From the IMG/VR virus record IMGVR_UViG_3300020442_001526, positions 1-62,449 of that record: a stretch of DNA of 62,449 bases; one strand, given 5' to 3'. The position numbers and the translations under genes are program-made. Below are positions 27,901 through 38,748 of the stretch, piece after piece. Positions within the stretch are counted from its first letter, which is position 1. Each line of letters begins with the position of its first letter. A model generated the notes under the pieces. It ran no database searches, was not told where the DNA came from, and worked only from the letters and a program-made list of their open reading frames with translations. The stretch comes from a virus. Lineage: Duplodnaviria; Caudoviricetes.

Positions 27901-28323
27901 TTAAATTATAGGAATCGTGATATCTTTTAAATCCTGAAGAACAATGTAATCATTGCTCTTCTCAAATAAAACCTTTTCCCCAGGTATAAGATTGTATGCA
28001 AAATCATCGAAAATAAATATTGCTCCATCTTTTCCTGTAACATGATTACTTATCACTTTCCACGATGTTCGACATGGTTCTATGAACTTTAAATTCGATA
28101 ATGTGTTGTACATCAGAATAGAAATACCAGTTGTACAAAAATATCCATTCTCAATGATTTCAAATGGCTTCATCCAGCCCTTTGGAGAATAATAATCTAA
28201 ATATCGACTGTGAATTTTTACAGTAGAAAATGCTTCAAGAACATCTTGTTCCGACTTTGCATTCTTACGAATTGACCTGAATTGTACTAGACGTCTATCG
28301 ACATCTGTATGTTTTTCAAACAT
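27901..28323 (-). CDS. hypothetical protein
   Basis: 140-aa ORF following the tail-like gene. Confidence 0.7.
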   Translation of the reverse strand: MFEKHTDVDRRLVQFRSIRKNAKSEQDVLEAFSTVKIHSRYLDYYSPKGWMKPFEIIENGYFCTTGISILMYNTLSNLKFIEPCRTSWKVISNHVTGKDGAIFIFDDFAYNLIPGEKVLFEKSNDYIVLQDLKDITIPII

Positions 28324-28332
28324 TACATATTA

Positions 28333-31008
28333 CTATTGTGATTTCCACTTACGAACAACGTATTTCATAACTGCATTACTCGTAGGAGGACTTACATTAT
28401 TATCTGCTGTGATATTTACAGTACCATTTGCTAAAGAACCACTAAATTCAATAGCACCTGCATAATAAACATTGCCATTAGCATCTATATCATGAGAAGA
28501 AGAACTTACATCTTGTAATGTTATAGAACCTGATACATTTCCATTGCCGTCATTATTAGATAAAGGATTAGCATTATATTGTAATGTTCCAACCTGATTA
28601 TAGTACCTAGTTATAGAACTGTTACTACTGTCTAATGCTGTTCCTACAATAGAATAATCTATAAACAAAGTATCTATTGCAGTTGAATCTGTACCTAAAT
28701 CTGTTAATGCAATACCTGTCCCTGACCCTATTGTTAATTGTTGTGGCTGTGAATAAAATGTTTCAGACTGCCCTGATTCCAAAGATTGTGTTGTAAGCAT
28801 CTCTATATTTGTTTTAACTGTGACTAATCCTCTTTTATCTGGATTATCATTTTTAAAATATAGTTTATTAACTACTTCTGCAAAATGACCTGCTTCATCA
28901 CTTCCTGCAAAATCAATTTCACCATTAGTTGTATCAACTTCAACCTTCCAAGAACCTAAATTTTGTACGTCTGAATTATCACTAAATTTATCATTTATAA
29001 ATACATCAGATATAATGTTTACTTTATTATCACTTAAAACTTTTGTTAACCAAACTTCTAATTTTGCTTTTACTGTGTTACCACTTCTTGTAGCATGAGT
29101 ACCAGACGTTAAACCAATTGCTCCTAAACTATCTACAGTATCTTGAGGATCATTAAACAATCTATATTGTGTTTGGTCATCACTAACAAGATATAATTCA
29201 TCATTTTTGTCTGGTTTAAGACTTAATGAGAACCATTGATTTTTACCGTTTACCAAAGACATAATACCATTCAAAGTATTTTGATTTGATGTATTTAATA
29301 GATATGCTGGTTTAATAGTAAGTCCATCTGCTGTAGTTAAATTAGTTAAATTTGGACTAAAATTACCTGACACATTTGCACCAACAGATGCATTTGCTTC
29401 TATAAAGAATGTGCTGTTAGTAATATTACTAGTATCTGACAAACTGAAATTAGCATTGTCTATTAATGTAGAATTTGAACTACCTGATACAATTATTCCT
29501 GTGCTAGTGTTTGAACGATATCCATGATCTTCACTAAACACCTGTATAATGTTTGCAGTACCAGTTGCACCAACATTTATAAAATCTAATCCGCTTGTAA
29601 CACCGCCTGTTAGTGCGGCTTCTGTAATTGTGAATGTACCAGAGCCTGTATTAACTGTTCCAACTGTATATGGGCTATTACCTTCAAGTGTTGCATTACC
29701 TATAAATGAAACATTGTGTCCTGGTTGTAATCCTTCTACATTTGCTGTGAGTGTAACTGTATTACTGGAATCAACTGCCGCTGTAACATTTCTACCTGTA
29801 GACCATGCATTAGATGGTAAAGTAATAGAAAACGTATTTGCTACACTATTTGCTGATATAGGTAAAAGTTTTTGATGATAATAACTGTTTGTAGATGCAG
29901 TAACAGTACCATCTGTTGACCCACCTTCTGTCCAAACATAACCGTTATATCCTGCATCAGCATTTGCTAATTCTGTGAAAATTATGTTTTCTGAACCAGT
30001 GTCAAATGTAACTACAGAATTTGCAAAATCTACTGAACTAGTAACATTTCCAATTCCACCGTAAATTGTATTGTTAGCATTTGCTGGATCTATTGTTGTT
30101 AATGAAGGATCTTTAGGATCTTTTACAAATACTATGTTTGCTGTGGTAATACTGCTTACATTTGCTATACCTATACCTTCTGTGACAACATCTATATGTT
30201 TTTTCTCTAATCCAATAAAACCTGTTCCAACTTCTGGATTGACAACAACTAAATCACTATCAATATATCTATATGACGGAACACTCATGTTAGCATGGAA
30301 GCCTGTTAATGATGTGTTACTTGCAATAGTAGTATTAGATAAAATATGATTTACATGTGAATTACCATAATATGAAATTGCTACGTCATCAGAATTACTT
30401 GGGGCAAATCTTAAATATAAAGAATGGTCACTATTACTTAAATTGCCTGAAACAAAATTATAATCAAATGCAGTATTAACAGTTGCACTTGTACCACTAG
30501 AATCACCGTGTTGTGACTTGCCGTTTACTAATACTGTAATATCATCTGCATTGAAAACTCTTGATGTTTGGTTTTGTGTAATGAAGTCATTGCCTGACAC
30601 TGGGTCATTAAAAACTGTTCTCGATACAGATTGGCCATTAGACAATGTAAGATTAGCAGAACTTACCAAAGTGGTATTTGCTTTCCAACTTTTTGCTTTT
30701 GTTACGCCATCAAACTGTCCAGACCCTTTAGGGTATCTTATATGTGGTACAGTGAACTTAATAATTTGTGCATTTGCTAAACTTAATGTAGTTGCTGAAG
30801 CACCTAACGTGTTTTCAAAACTTACTGTTTTGTTATATGTTGCACTGATTAAGTCATCTGTATCAGCACCGATATAGATTTGTTTGCTATCTGTGGCAAA
30901 CCCTATTTCTCCAGGTCTAAGTGGTTGAGGTAAATCTTGCTTTAATCCTCTTCTTTGCTGGATTCTGCTGATTATTATTTTTAAATTTGCATCGTCTTGG
31001 TGTGACAT
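28333..31008 (-). CDS. tail fibre/baseplate-associated structural protein with Mtd_N-like N-terminus
   Basis: IQQRRG..QDLP..L.PGEIGFATD..QIYIG; Asn/Ser/Thr-rich beta repeats; late promoter at 31036-31043. Confidence 0.7.
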   Translation of the reverse strand: MSHQDDANLKIIISRIQQRRGLKQDLPQPLRPGEIGFATDSKQIYIGADTDDLISATYNKTVSFENTLGASATTLSLANAQIIKFTVPHIRYPKGSGQFDGVTKAKSWKANTTLVSSANLTLSNGQSVSRTVFNDPVSGNDFITQNQTSRVFNADDITVLVNGKSQHGDSSGTSATVNTAFDYNFVSGNLSNSDHSLYLRFAPSNSDDVAISYYGNSHVNHILSNTTIASNTSLTGFHANMSVPSYRYIDSDLVVVNPEVGTGFIGLEKKHIDVVTEGIGIANVSSITTANIVFVKDPKDPSLTTIDPANANNTIYGGIGNVTSSVDFANSVVTFDTGSENIIFTELANADAGYNGYVWTEGGSTDGTVTASTNSYYHQKLLPISANSVANTFSITLPSNAWSTGRNVTAAVDSSNTVTLTANVEGLQPGHNVSFIGNATLEGNSPYTVGTVNTGSGTFTITEAALTGGVTSGLDFINVGATGTANIIQVFSEDHGYRSNTSTGIIVSGSSNSTLIDNANFSLSDTSNITNSTFFIEANASVGANVSGNFSPNLTNLTTADGLTIKPAYLLNTSNQNTLNGIMSLVNGKNQWFSLSLKPDKNDELYLVSDDQTQYRLFNDPQDTVDSLGAIGLTSGTHATRSGNTVKAKLEVWLTKVLSDNKVNIISDVFINDKFSDNSDVQNLGSWKVEVDTTNGEIDFAGSDEAGHFAEVVNKLYFKNDNPDKRGLVTVKTNIEMLTTQSLESGQSETFYSQPQQLTIGSGTGIALTDLGTDSTAIDTLFIDYSIVGTALDSSNSSITRYYNQVGTLQYNANPLSNNDGNGNVSGSITLQDVSSSSHDIDANGNVYYAGAIEFSGSLANGTVNITADNNVSPPTSNAVMKYVVRKWKSQ

Positions 31009-31060
31009 GTAAACTCCAATTACTTTTAATAATTGTATTTATCACTTTAAGCAAATCTAG

Positions 31061-32101
31061 TTAAATCAACTCGCACAAAGACTTGCCACTTTTAGGCTCT
31101 TCGGGAGTAAAATGGTCTACAAATTGTTCAGGCATTGCTTCTAAGCCCTTATATGTAGCATTAATGCATTGTAAAGACTCTATATTATCAGTAACAAATT
31201 GTTCAAATTCATTAATCCAATTGAATTGTTGTTTCCATTCTTCTGAACCGTATGCATAATCTTTAGTCATATTACAGCCTCGGATAGTTACGTCTTTGAC
31301 TGTAAGTGCAAATAAATTTGGTCCGGGTGTTGGTGCAACATTTTGATATAAAGACATTACACCACAGTAAGACATTCTGCCTGAATAAGACATATTCTGT
31401 AAAGCAGAAAAGAAATAATCATTACCAACATTTTCATGATAGGCGTCGAACTGTTCGTATTCTTTTAATTTTTTAAGCATGACTGCAATACTTGTTTTTT
31501 TAGGAATAACAATGCCTGTGCCACCTAATTTATTTACAAGTTCTGCTTTTTCTTCTGTGCTAGTGATTCCGTAAGGTTTTGCTCCTAAAAGTTTTGCAAA
31601 TTGTATAACTAAATTACCAACCCCGCCTGTTGCACCACTTACACATACAACATCACCTGGTTTAACTTTTAATACTCTTGTCAATGAATAATATGCTGTT
31701 TTGGCAACCAGGCTGTATAATGTTAAATATCTTTTTGCAAAATCTAGTTCGTCCCCTTGCACATTTATTTTGAAATAATCAGTATCATTATTGCCTACTG
31801 CATGAGTTCTCCATCCTAACTTATGCCATAGATATGTACCAACAGGAAAATTATCATTTTTACTTTCTACAACAACTCCTACTGCTTCTCCTGGTATGCC
31901 TTCGTCCAGTGTTACCATTGGATAATTAGGAAAGGTCTCAACAGGGTTCATTGAGATTCTCATATAAGGGTCTGTTCCGCATACAATATTTTGTATATAA
32001 AACTCCCCATCTTTTATATCTGGTGTGGGCCGTGAGATTACATCAAAATGTTCTTTGGTGATTTCTCCTACTGCATGTTGTTTTAAAACTACCTGTTTCA
32101 T
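31061..32101 (-). CDS. NADP-dependent oxidoreductase (MDR, prostaglandin reductase/CurA-like)
   Basis: DPYMR, TAYY.L, VSGATGGVG, ENVG, CG.MS.Y. Confidence 0.85.
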   Translation of the reverse strand: MKQVVLKQHAVGEITKEHFDVISRPTPDIKDGEFYIQNIVCGTDPYMRISMNPVETFPNYPMVTLDEGIPGEAVGVVVESKNDNFPVGTYLWHKLGWRTHAVGNNDTDYFKINVQGDELDFAKRYLTLYSLVAKTAYYSLTRVLKVKPGDVVCVSGATGGVGNLVIQFAKLLGAKPYGITSTEEKAELVNKLGGTGIVIPKKTSIAVMLKKLKEYEQFDAYHENVGNDYFFSALQNMSYSGRMSYCGVMSLYQNVAPTPGPNLFALTVKDVTIRGCNMTKDYAYGSEEWKQQFNWINEFEQFVTDNIESLQCINATYKGLEAMPEQFVDHFTPEEPKSGKSLCELI

Positions 32102-32769
32102 AATGATGCATAATAATCTGATAATCTACTTGTCCAAAGGTCACAGTACATTTCAAACCTTGCCCCTTCTATAATAAATTCTTTAAATTTCATATCTCTA
32201 CTAACCATAAGTATTACACCTTTTTTAATATCAGTGCCATACATTTCGTTATGTGCCATAGCATAAGCACAACATTGTAGATAATAATCTTCTATCCATT
32301 CTTCTTTCTTAATTTTTTTACTTGTTTTAAAATCTATAATAGCATCTTGTCCATTATGGACTCCGATACAATCTGTTGTTCCTGCATATAATCCAGGAGC
32401 AATAAGACCTATCTCTGTGCCCCAAACTTCATCTATATTTGTAAAACCTTCGTTAATTACTAGTTCGCTCATTTGTTTAGCCATAACACTAACCATATTT
32501 GTTCCGAAGGAAACCGATTCTCCCAATATGTGTTTTTCTATTGCATTATGAACTTTTGTGCCTAGCCCAGCACTTTCTCGGCTAACTCTGTTTGCTTCTT
32601 CTTCGCCCACACGTTTACGCCAGGCTATAAGAGCAGTCTTATCAGATGTCTTGTCTAAAACTGTAGTTACACTAGGCACAGGAACATTGTCGTCCCCAAC
32701 ATACTGTCTGCCTTGAGGTGTACTTTTTCGCTCTAGTAATTTATAATCAAACTTTTGTTTTAAAATCAT
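32098..32769 (-). CDS. PD-(D/E)XK exonuclease
   Basis: PSVTTVL, GT.VH, AG.TD, IIDFKTS, QCCAY. Confidence 0.85.
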   Translation of the reverse strand: MILKQKFDYKLLERKSTPQGRQYVGDDNVPVPSVTTVLDKTSDKTALIAWRKRVGEEEANRVSRESAGLGTKVHNAIEKHILGESVSFGTNMVSVMAKQMSELVINEGFTNIDEVWGTEIGLIAPGLYAGTTDCIGVHNGQDAIIDFKTSKKIKKEEWIEDYYLQCCAYAMAHNEMYGTDIKKGVILMVSRDMKFKEFIIEGARFEMYCDLWTSRLSDYYASL

Positions 32770-32800
32770 TTTAATTTTCCTTTGTAATTATAACACAGTC

Positions 32801-33871
32801 TTATGCCACAGTCAACATGTACTCTGCCATTTTTTCATGCCAATTTCTGCCATAATGTATCATATCTCTTGCTGTAGCATTTTTTATTTCTTCATGTGAA
32901 TGTTGCTTTGGATTAGCAATTTGTAAATCTTTATATACATTTTTATACATTTTTGTTAATGGAGGAGCAACAATATCCCATTCTACAAAATCTTTAACAC
33001 CTTGAAATGTACCTTTAGCATACATTTTTAATTCAATATTATTTGCTTCGCAATATAATTGTATTGCATCAATTGTTATAGATGTGTACATGTCTTTAGT
33101 CTCTGCATTTACTAATTCAGATATTTTAGAAAACTGCTTTAAAAATATTTGTTGATAATGAACGCCACCTTCTATAATATTTTTATTACTTAATTGTGCA
33201 ATTCTTTCTGCATGTGGTAAACAAACATAAACTTTTTCAAATGGTTTTTGTTCGTATAGTTGCCTTAAAAGTAAAAAGACTTCCATTGGGCCACTAGAAG
33301 ATAATCCACAATTAAATATAGGAAGATTCTCTCCTAAGTGATTAAACCATAAATTTTCCTCTGAACTTCCTAACCCTTGTGTGTGACTACACCCAAACAC
33401 AGGAATAAATTCATTTTCTTTTAAATCTTCGAACTCTAAATTACTTCTAAGACCTATAGAATTTATATTATATTCAATTGGACTATCTGCATCATACGTC
33501 TCCCACCATTCATCATATGACATACCAACATCTGTTAATTTTGTAATCACTCCATCTCTTATTCGTTTGTTCATAGGATCTGCATTTATATCCTTTTGGG
33601 TAAATGCTTCTAACCATTTTTTTGTTGATTGAGGTGTATCTAACGATAAAAATTTAAAAGTTTTTGGTAATTGGTTTAAATCCAATAAGTATTCGTCATT
33701 TCCAATTAAGTCATCATTATAAAATTCCCAAGATTCTTTAGTAAAATCTTCTTGCGTATAAACAGAATCGCCAAGATGCATTCTAGTTATTCCTATCGTA
33801 AAGTTTTTTACAAAATCAGGAAAACCTAATCTTCTTTTACCTGCCCAAGATGGTTCTAAAAAATCATGCAT
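32801..33871 (-). CDS. SGNH-like protein, tandem paralog
   Basis: INSIGLR, VFGCSHT.G.G, ARDMIHYG. Confidence 0.6.
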   Translation of the reverse strand: MHDFLEPSWAGKRRLGFPDFVKNFTIGITRMHLGDSVYTQEDFTKESWEFYNDDLIGNDEYLLDLNQLPKTFKFLSLDTPQSTKKWLEAFTQKDINADPMNKRIRDGVITKLTDVGMSYDEWWETYDADSPIEYNINSIGLRSNLEFEDLKENEFIPVFGCSHTQGLGSSEENLWFNHLGENLPIFNCGLSSSGPMEVFLLLRQLYEQKPFEKVYVCLPHAERIAQLSNKNIIEGGVHYQQIFLKQFSKISELVNAETKDMYTSITIDAIQLYCEANNIELKMYAKGTFQGVKDFVEWDIVAPPLTKMYKNVYKDLQIANPKQHSHEEIKNATARDMIHYGRNWHEKMAEYMLTVA

Positions 33872-34940
33872 TTAAAGTCTCTGCTATTTTTCTATGCCAT
33901 TTGTTTCCATAATGACCAAGGTCTCTTGCTAGAATTTCTCTTAACTCTTCTAATGAATGTGTCTTAGGATTTGATAACTGCAATTCTGGGACAAACTTTT
34001 TATATGGTTTACTTCTAAAAGGTGCAACTAAATCCCATTCAACAAAATCTTTATGTGTTGCTATAGAATCTTTACAATACATTTTTAATTCAATGTTGTT
34101 TACTTTGCAAAAATCTACTATTGCTTGTATAACAATATCAGAATACATTAGTCTGTGCTGTTCAGTAAATATTTCATTTATACCGTTGAATTGAGGTACT
34201 AGGTCTTCTTGATAGTGTAATGCACCTTCTATTACTCCTTTATTGCTTATGTGAGATGTGCGTTCCTTGTGAGGTATAACTATATAAGTTTTACTGAACG
34301 GCTTTTCTTTAAACAATTGGGTAAGTATTAAATAGACATCTGTAGGACTTCCCGAAGCAATTCCTAGATTATAAATTGGTAATTGCTCATTTAAATAGTT
34401 GTACCATATTTTATTCTCAGGAGTTCCAAAACCAAAAGTGTGACTACAACCAAACACAGGGATATAATTGTTGTCTTCAAATGTTTCTAATTCATTTTTA
34501 TTTCTTAAACCTAAAGAGTCTATTGTGTACTCAACATCTTCATAAGTTTCCCACCATTCCTGTATTGGTATACCTACATCAAAGTATCTTCTTAAAAATG
34601 TTTTTCTTAATAATTGTTGCGTTGTATCTTTGCTATCTTGTTGTATTGGAATAACAGCATTCATCATTTCCCAAGAATATATTGGATTATCCATACTTAA
34701 TTGTTTATATGTTTTAGGACATTTTTTTAATTCTATATGGATATCGCCATTCATATAATCATGTTCAGATATAAAATCACGCATGTTTGGACTTAAATCA
34801 TCTAAATCATACGCACCATTATAATAGTGTAGTCTAGTTATCCCTTTGGTAAAACTTTTTACAAAATCAGTAAAAGGTAAATCTCGTTTTCTTGAAAAAG
34901 GGGATAGTAAATTGTTGATTAACTGTTCCTTTGTAGGCAT
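33864..34940 (-). CDS. SGNH-like protein, tandem paralog
   Basis: IDSLGLR, VFGCSHT.G.G, ARDLGHYG; TATAAATA 5 nt before ATG. Confidence 0.6.
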   Translation of the reverse strand: MPTKEQLINNLLSPFSRKRDLPFTDFVKSFTKGITRLHYYNGAYDLDDLSPNMRDFISEHDYMNGDIHIELKKCPKTYKQLSMDNPIYSWEMMNAVIPIQQDSKDTTQQLLRKTFLRRYFDVGIPIQEWWETYEDVEYTIDSLGLRNKNELETFEDNNYIPVFGCSHTFGFGTPENKIWYNYLNEQLPIYNLGIASGSPTDVYLILTQLFKEKPFSKTYIVIPHKERTSHISNKGVIEGALHYQEDLVPQFNGINEIFTEQHRLMYSDIVIQAIVDFCKVNNIELKMYCKDSIATHKDFVEWDLVAPFRSKPYKKFVPELQLSNPKTHSLEELREILARDLGHYGNKWHRKIAETLNA

Positions 34941-34959
34941 GCAGTTATTTATAAAAGTG

Positions 34960-35316
34960 TTATTGTGGTAGGTCTGATTTTACGTCTGCCATAGCCTGGT
35001 CTCCAGCCATGCCGCCGACATCAACTTCAGGTTCTGCTTCAGGGTCTGCTGTTTCAGGTTCTGCCATATCGTTAGGTATTTTTCCTTTGGGAGTAATGCT
35101 GTTTTCATCTGCATTTGCAATAACGTCCATGTCATTTAAAACTTTAAGAAGTTCATCCATACTCATAAGAAATCCGTCATCTGCTAGGAATTGTCTAAAT
35201 GCTTCTGTGGGAATTTCGTTGACTTCGCCGCCAACGGCTTGAGCTAATCTATCTTTGATAGCAACTTTTAAGTCGTCGAAGTAAAGTTCGAAGAGTAGTA
35301 CTTCGTCGATTCTCAT
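34960..35316 (-). CDS. putative head-associated acidic protein
   Basis: MRIDEVLLFE leader; directly follows the scaffold-like gene. Confidence 0.55.
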   Translation of the reverse strand: MRIDEVLLFELYFDDLKVAIKDRLAQAVGGEVNEIPTEAFRQFLADDGFLMSMDELLKVLNDMDVIANADENSITPKGKIPNDMAEPETADPEAEPEVDVGGMAGDQAMADVKSDLPQ

Positions 35317-35317
35317 A

Positions 35318-36595
35318 TTACACCTCTGCTGGTGCGTCTACTGGTGCTCTACCTAGTGGCTCTTCTTCTGGACCTGCCGCGGCTGGAACATTATCAACAG
35401 GCTCTGCCATTGGTTCTTCTGCTCCAAGACCTGGATCCATTGGTGGGGCCATCATACCATCACCTGCTCCAGTAAGTTGTCCTATAACAGCATCCATTTG
35501 GTCTTTACCACCTTTATTAGCAGTAAGTATTCCGTCTAGTGCCATTTCTGCTTCTTGTTTAATACTAGCGGCTTGTTGAGCTCCAAACTCTGCACTCAAT
35601 TGGTCAACTATTGCAGGCAAATCTTCATTTATCATTCTACCAACTCTTTCAATATGGTCCTGTACATCATCACTTAATGCTCTAAGTGCCATAACAACTT
35701 CTGCTTGTTCTACTTCAACTTCTTCTGCAATCATGTCGTTAATGATGTCATCAAACATACTTTCTTTTTTGGCTTGCTTTTTCTCATCTGAAGTATCGCC
35801 AGTTACTTTATATGTTTCTCCGTCAACTTCAAACTCGTCTTTACCTTGTGCAATAGCATCTTTTCTTGCACCTGTGAATTTATTTTGTTCAGCAACTTTT
35901 TTACCAAACATTTGTATACCACCTGCAACTGCATCTTCTTCTAAACCGTTTAAGAAACCAACAACTGCATCTCTGCTTTTGCCACTGACTTCTGCAAACA
36001 TGTTTAATTTTTCTTCAATTGCTTTTAAGGTGTCGACATCTTCAAGTTCCATTCCAACTTCTTTTGCCATTTCTTTGAATAAGAATTCACCAATATCGGT
36101 AGTTGGGAATTCTGCTTTAATTTCTTTATCTTCGTTTGTTCCGCAATTGGATTCCATATAATCCTTTGCGGCTTTTAAAACTATCGGTAATACAAATTCA
36201 TCATCATGTGCATATCTAGAATCTTTTCTAAATCTATTCATACATTCCTTACTTGCTTCATCCATTGTGTATCCGCTGTCCATAAGTTGTTGAACTTCTT
36301 TAACAATGCCGTCTCTCATTTCTTGCATCGCTGGACTTTCTGCATACATTCCTTCTTTAAGCATAACATCTATAACATCTCTTACGCCTAAGAATTTAGC
36401 ATAGTCTGGATCTAAATTGAATTTTTTATTTGTATTTCTGAGTCTCACAATATGTGATTCTGCTTTTTCTTTCACAGTTTCGAGTTTAGACTTGGAATGA
36501 AAGCCTGTTACCTTTACACCGTGATTTTCCTTAAGATATGTATTAATTTCTCTAATAGTATCTTGAGGACTTTTATTAAAATTTGTAATTTTCAT
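35318..36595 (-). CDS. putative prohead core/scaffold-like protein
   Basis: Acidic, helical, Pro/Glu-rich tail; GKDEFEVDGETYKV module; late promoter at 36629-36636. Confidence 0.5.
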   Translation of the reverse strand: MKITNFNKSPQDTIREINTYLKENHGVKVTGFHSKSKLETVKEKAESHIVRLRNTNKKFNLDPDYAKFLGVRDVIDVMLKEGMYAESPAMQEMRDGIVKEVQQLMDSGYTMDEASKECMNRFRKDSRYAHDDEFVLPIVLKAAKDYMESNCGTNEDKEIKAEFPTTDIGEFLFKEMAKEVGMELEDVDTLKAIEEKLNMFAEVSGKSRDAVVGFLNGLEEDAVAGGIQMFGKKVAEQNKFTGARKDAIAQGKDEFEVDGETYKVTGDTSDEKKQAKKESMFDDIINDMIAEEVEVEQAEVVMALRALSDDVQDHIERVGRMINEDLPAIVDQLSAEFGAQQAASIKQEAEMALDGILTANKGGKDQMDAVIGQLTGAGDGMMAPPMDPGLGAEEPMAEPVDNVPAAAGPEEEPLGRAPVDAPAEV

Positions 36596-36671
36596 GTTCT
36601 TTCCCGATAAAGTTTAAAATTATAAATGTATTTATCAAAAAGAACTAAAATGCTGTAGAAAAAAAATACTA

Positions 36672-37139
36672 TTAGTAAGAGGAATGGATATGTGCATGGA
36701 GAGAATCTTTAGCATTTCTCAATTTCATAAGTGATATTTCTGCTCTGCTTTCTGTTGAATAAAATTTTGTTGTGTCTTTTGTGGTTTTCATAGTATGCCT
36801 ATAAAAAATTAAATCACTGTAATGTTTTGCAACATCATTTTGATATGTGTTTAATGCTTTATGGATAATTTCTACTGTAGGCGGTATCTTTCTCTTTGGT
36901 GTTTTAGTCAATGTCTTTGTAATACGCCTTGCAGTCTCTGGCAAATAGATGTCTTTGAACACAGGTTGTCTAGAACTTGCTTCTACTATGTCAAATAATC
37001 CAGTCTTTTTTTCAACAGAAAAAAACAAATTTTTAGATAGAACTTTTTTAGTTGCTTTTTCTAATTTTTCTGCAACTTTGTTTTTATCTATATTATTTTT
37101 CTTGCGGGTATACTTTGAATTTCGCTTTGCCATTGTCAT
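36672..37139 (-). CDS. hypothetical basic protein
   Basis: 155-aa ORF in the late block. Confidence 0.65.
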   Translation of the reverse strand: MTMAKRNSKYTRKKNNIDKNKVAEKLEKATKKVLSKNLFFSVEKKTGLFDIVEASSRQPVFKDIYLPETARRITKTLTKTPKRKIPPTVEIIHKALNTYQNDVAKHYSDLIFYRHTMKTTKDTTKFYSTESRAEISLMKLRNAKDSLHAHIHSSY

Positions 37140-37305
37140 TTACTCTTAATACTAACCCACGTTGTCTTAATTGTTGAGCAGTATATAACTCATTTTCATT
37201 GAGCTCATATTCATATATACCTTTTTCACATGATAATTTGTCAAAGAAGTGAAATTCTTTAGAACTTACAACTGTGGGACCATTTTTAGAAGATAAAACT
37301 CTCAT
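37093..37305 (-). CDS. hypothetical protein, possibly winged-helix-like
   Basis: LNENE...AQQLRQRGLV. Confidence 0.6.
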   Translation of the reverse strand: MRVLSSKNGPTVVSSKEFHFFDKLSCEKGIYEYELNENELYTAQQLRQRGLVLRVNDNGKAKFKVYPQEK

Positions 37306-37306
37306 A

Positions 37307-37498
37307 TTATCTCTTAATTAATTTCGATTTGGTTTTTGGGCCTGGTTTTTTGTGTGCATGTTTTGTTTTTTTAGGCTTTTTAGGTCTTTGAACAACTCGC
37401 TGTACGTCATTCACAACAGGTTTAATCACAGTTGCTACTGCACCTGCACTCATGCCACCGACTGATGCTGTTTCACTTATTATTTCTGAAATCTTCAT
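37307..37498 (-). CDS. small putative virion protein with acidic leader and basic tail
   Basis: MKISEIISE-TASVGGMSAGAVATV...KKPKK; ATAAATA 5 nt before ATG. Confidence 0.65.
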   Translation of the reverse strand: MKISEIISETASVGGMSAGAVATVIKPVVNDVQRVVQRPKKPKKTKHAHKKPGPKTKSKLIKR

Positions 37499-37506
37499 AC
37501 TTGTAT

Positions 37507-38736
37507 TTATGCATTTTTAAAAATTTTATTGAAATCCGTGTACACCGTCAACCAATTATTCAAATCTATTTTTATTTTTTCAACAATATCTTGTGAATTA
37601 TGTTGAAATATTTTGTAATTATGTTCTGCACATTGTTTATTTTGTAATACTACCTGCTCCCATATCTCATTATTGTCTTTTTTTATGTATAAAAATTCTA
37701 AAACATCAATAAGCATGTCTATTTTATCAAAAATATCTATTGTTGTATCATAAAAACTTTGATTCGGAAATAAATGTTCATATGTTTTATATCCCATAGT
37801 TCTCAAATGTTCATAAATCCGTGCTGGCCCTAATATAATGAAAGGCTGTTTTAAAATAATTGGTTTAAAAACTTTTTCTGTAAAATACAATTCTTGTCCA
37901 GCACTTGATTCTGTAATTAATTGGAAGTCGCAATCTAAAATACCTTTTGTGTCTCCAAAAGTTTTCATGTGTACAACATCTTCGTTTCTATCATCATAAC
38001 TTATCGGATAATGTTCCTTTAATTTTTCTAAGTATTCTATTGCAATTTTAATTTTTTCTAAACTGGTATAATTATCAGACACATATTTCATGGTATTTGT
38101 TACTACCTCATCAAAGTCTACATTGGGTGTACTCAATATTGAATCCATATTACGATTTAATAATGCTCCTAGAAGCAATATTCGGTGTGGTCTGGGTGCA
38201 TTATTTAAACAACTGAAAAGATGTGTTTTAGGAGTATCAAAATCAAATTGATTATCTACTTTTAATTGTAACATTGCATCTTCTTTGTAATTCCTTGTGC
38301 ATAAAACGTCATATGTGTCGTATGTAAACGTTTTAAATATATCTGATATATTGACACAACTATTGCCATAAAACACGTTAGACAGGGCGTAATGCGTTGT
38401 AACTTGGTGTATAAACTCAAATATGTTTTTGTCGCAATGACCTTCAGCACTATTTTCAAACAATATTGTTGCATTTGGATTATCTGCTATATGGTCAGGA
38501 ATCAATTTGTGTATAAAATTATACTGTTGCCAAGTGTTAAAAATCACATCAGAAGCAAAGCCATCTAATGAAATTACATGCAAAACAGGTAAATTATTGT
38601 GCAAGTCTTCAGTCCATTCAAAAAACTCACTCATTCCAAATAAGGTATCCATAGAACTATTAGGGACATGTGATACATCATGTCCACATGCACTCATAAA
38701 TTTTTTAAAGGGATTCTCTATTTTGGATAATTTCAC
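37507..38736 (-). CDS. putative glycosyltransferase-like protein (GT-B, GT10-like C-terminus)
   Basis: FSCLN..PRPHR, LITES, FTEKVFKPI..KQPF; GTG start 5 nt after TTAAATA. Confidence 0.5.
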   Translation of the reverse strand: MKLSKIENPFKKFMSACGHDVSHVPNSSMDTLFGMSEFFEWTEDLHNNLPVLHVISLDGFASDVIFNTWQQYNFIHKLIPDHIADNPNATILFENSAEGHCDKNIFEFIHQVTTHYALSNVFYGNSCVNISDIFKTFTYDTYDVLCTRNYKEDAMLQLKVDNQFDFDTPKTHLFSCLNNAPRPHRILLLGALLNRNMDSILSTPNVDFDEVVTNTMKYVSDNYTSLEKIKIAIEYLEKLKEHYPISYDDRNEDVVHMKTFGDTKGILDCDFQLITESSAGQELYFTEKVFKPIILKQPFIILGPARIYEHLRTMGYKTYEHLFPNQSFYDTTIDIFDKIDMLIDVLEFLYIKKDNNEIWEQVVLQNKQCAEHNYKIFQHNSQDIVEKIKIDLNNWLTVYTDFNKIFKNA

Positions 38737-38748
38737 AGTAGTATTTAA

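Noticed and set aside
28333-31008. Diversity-generating retroelement target (Mtd-like N-terminus)
   Set aside because: Only the generic N-terminal attachment motif is present; no reverse transcriptase or TR/VR repeat pair was seen
32098-32769. Cas4 or CRISPR system
   Set aside because: No Fe-S Cys cluster, no other cas genes and no repeat-spacer array seen in the window
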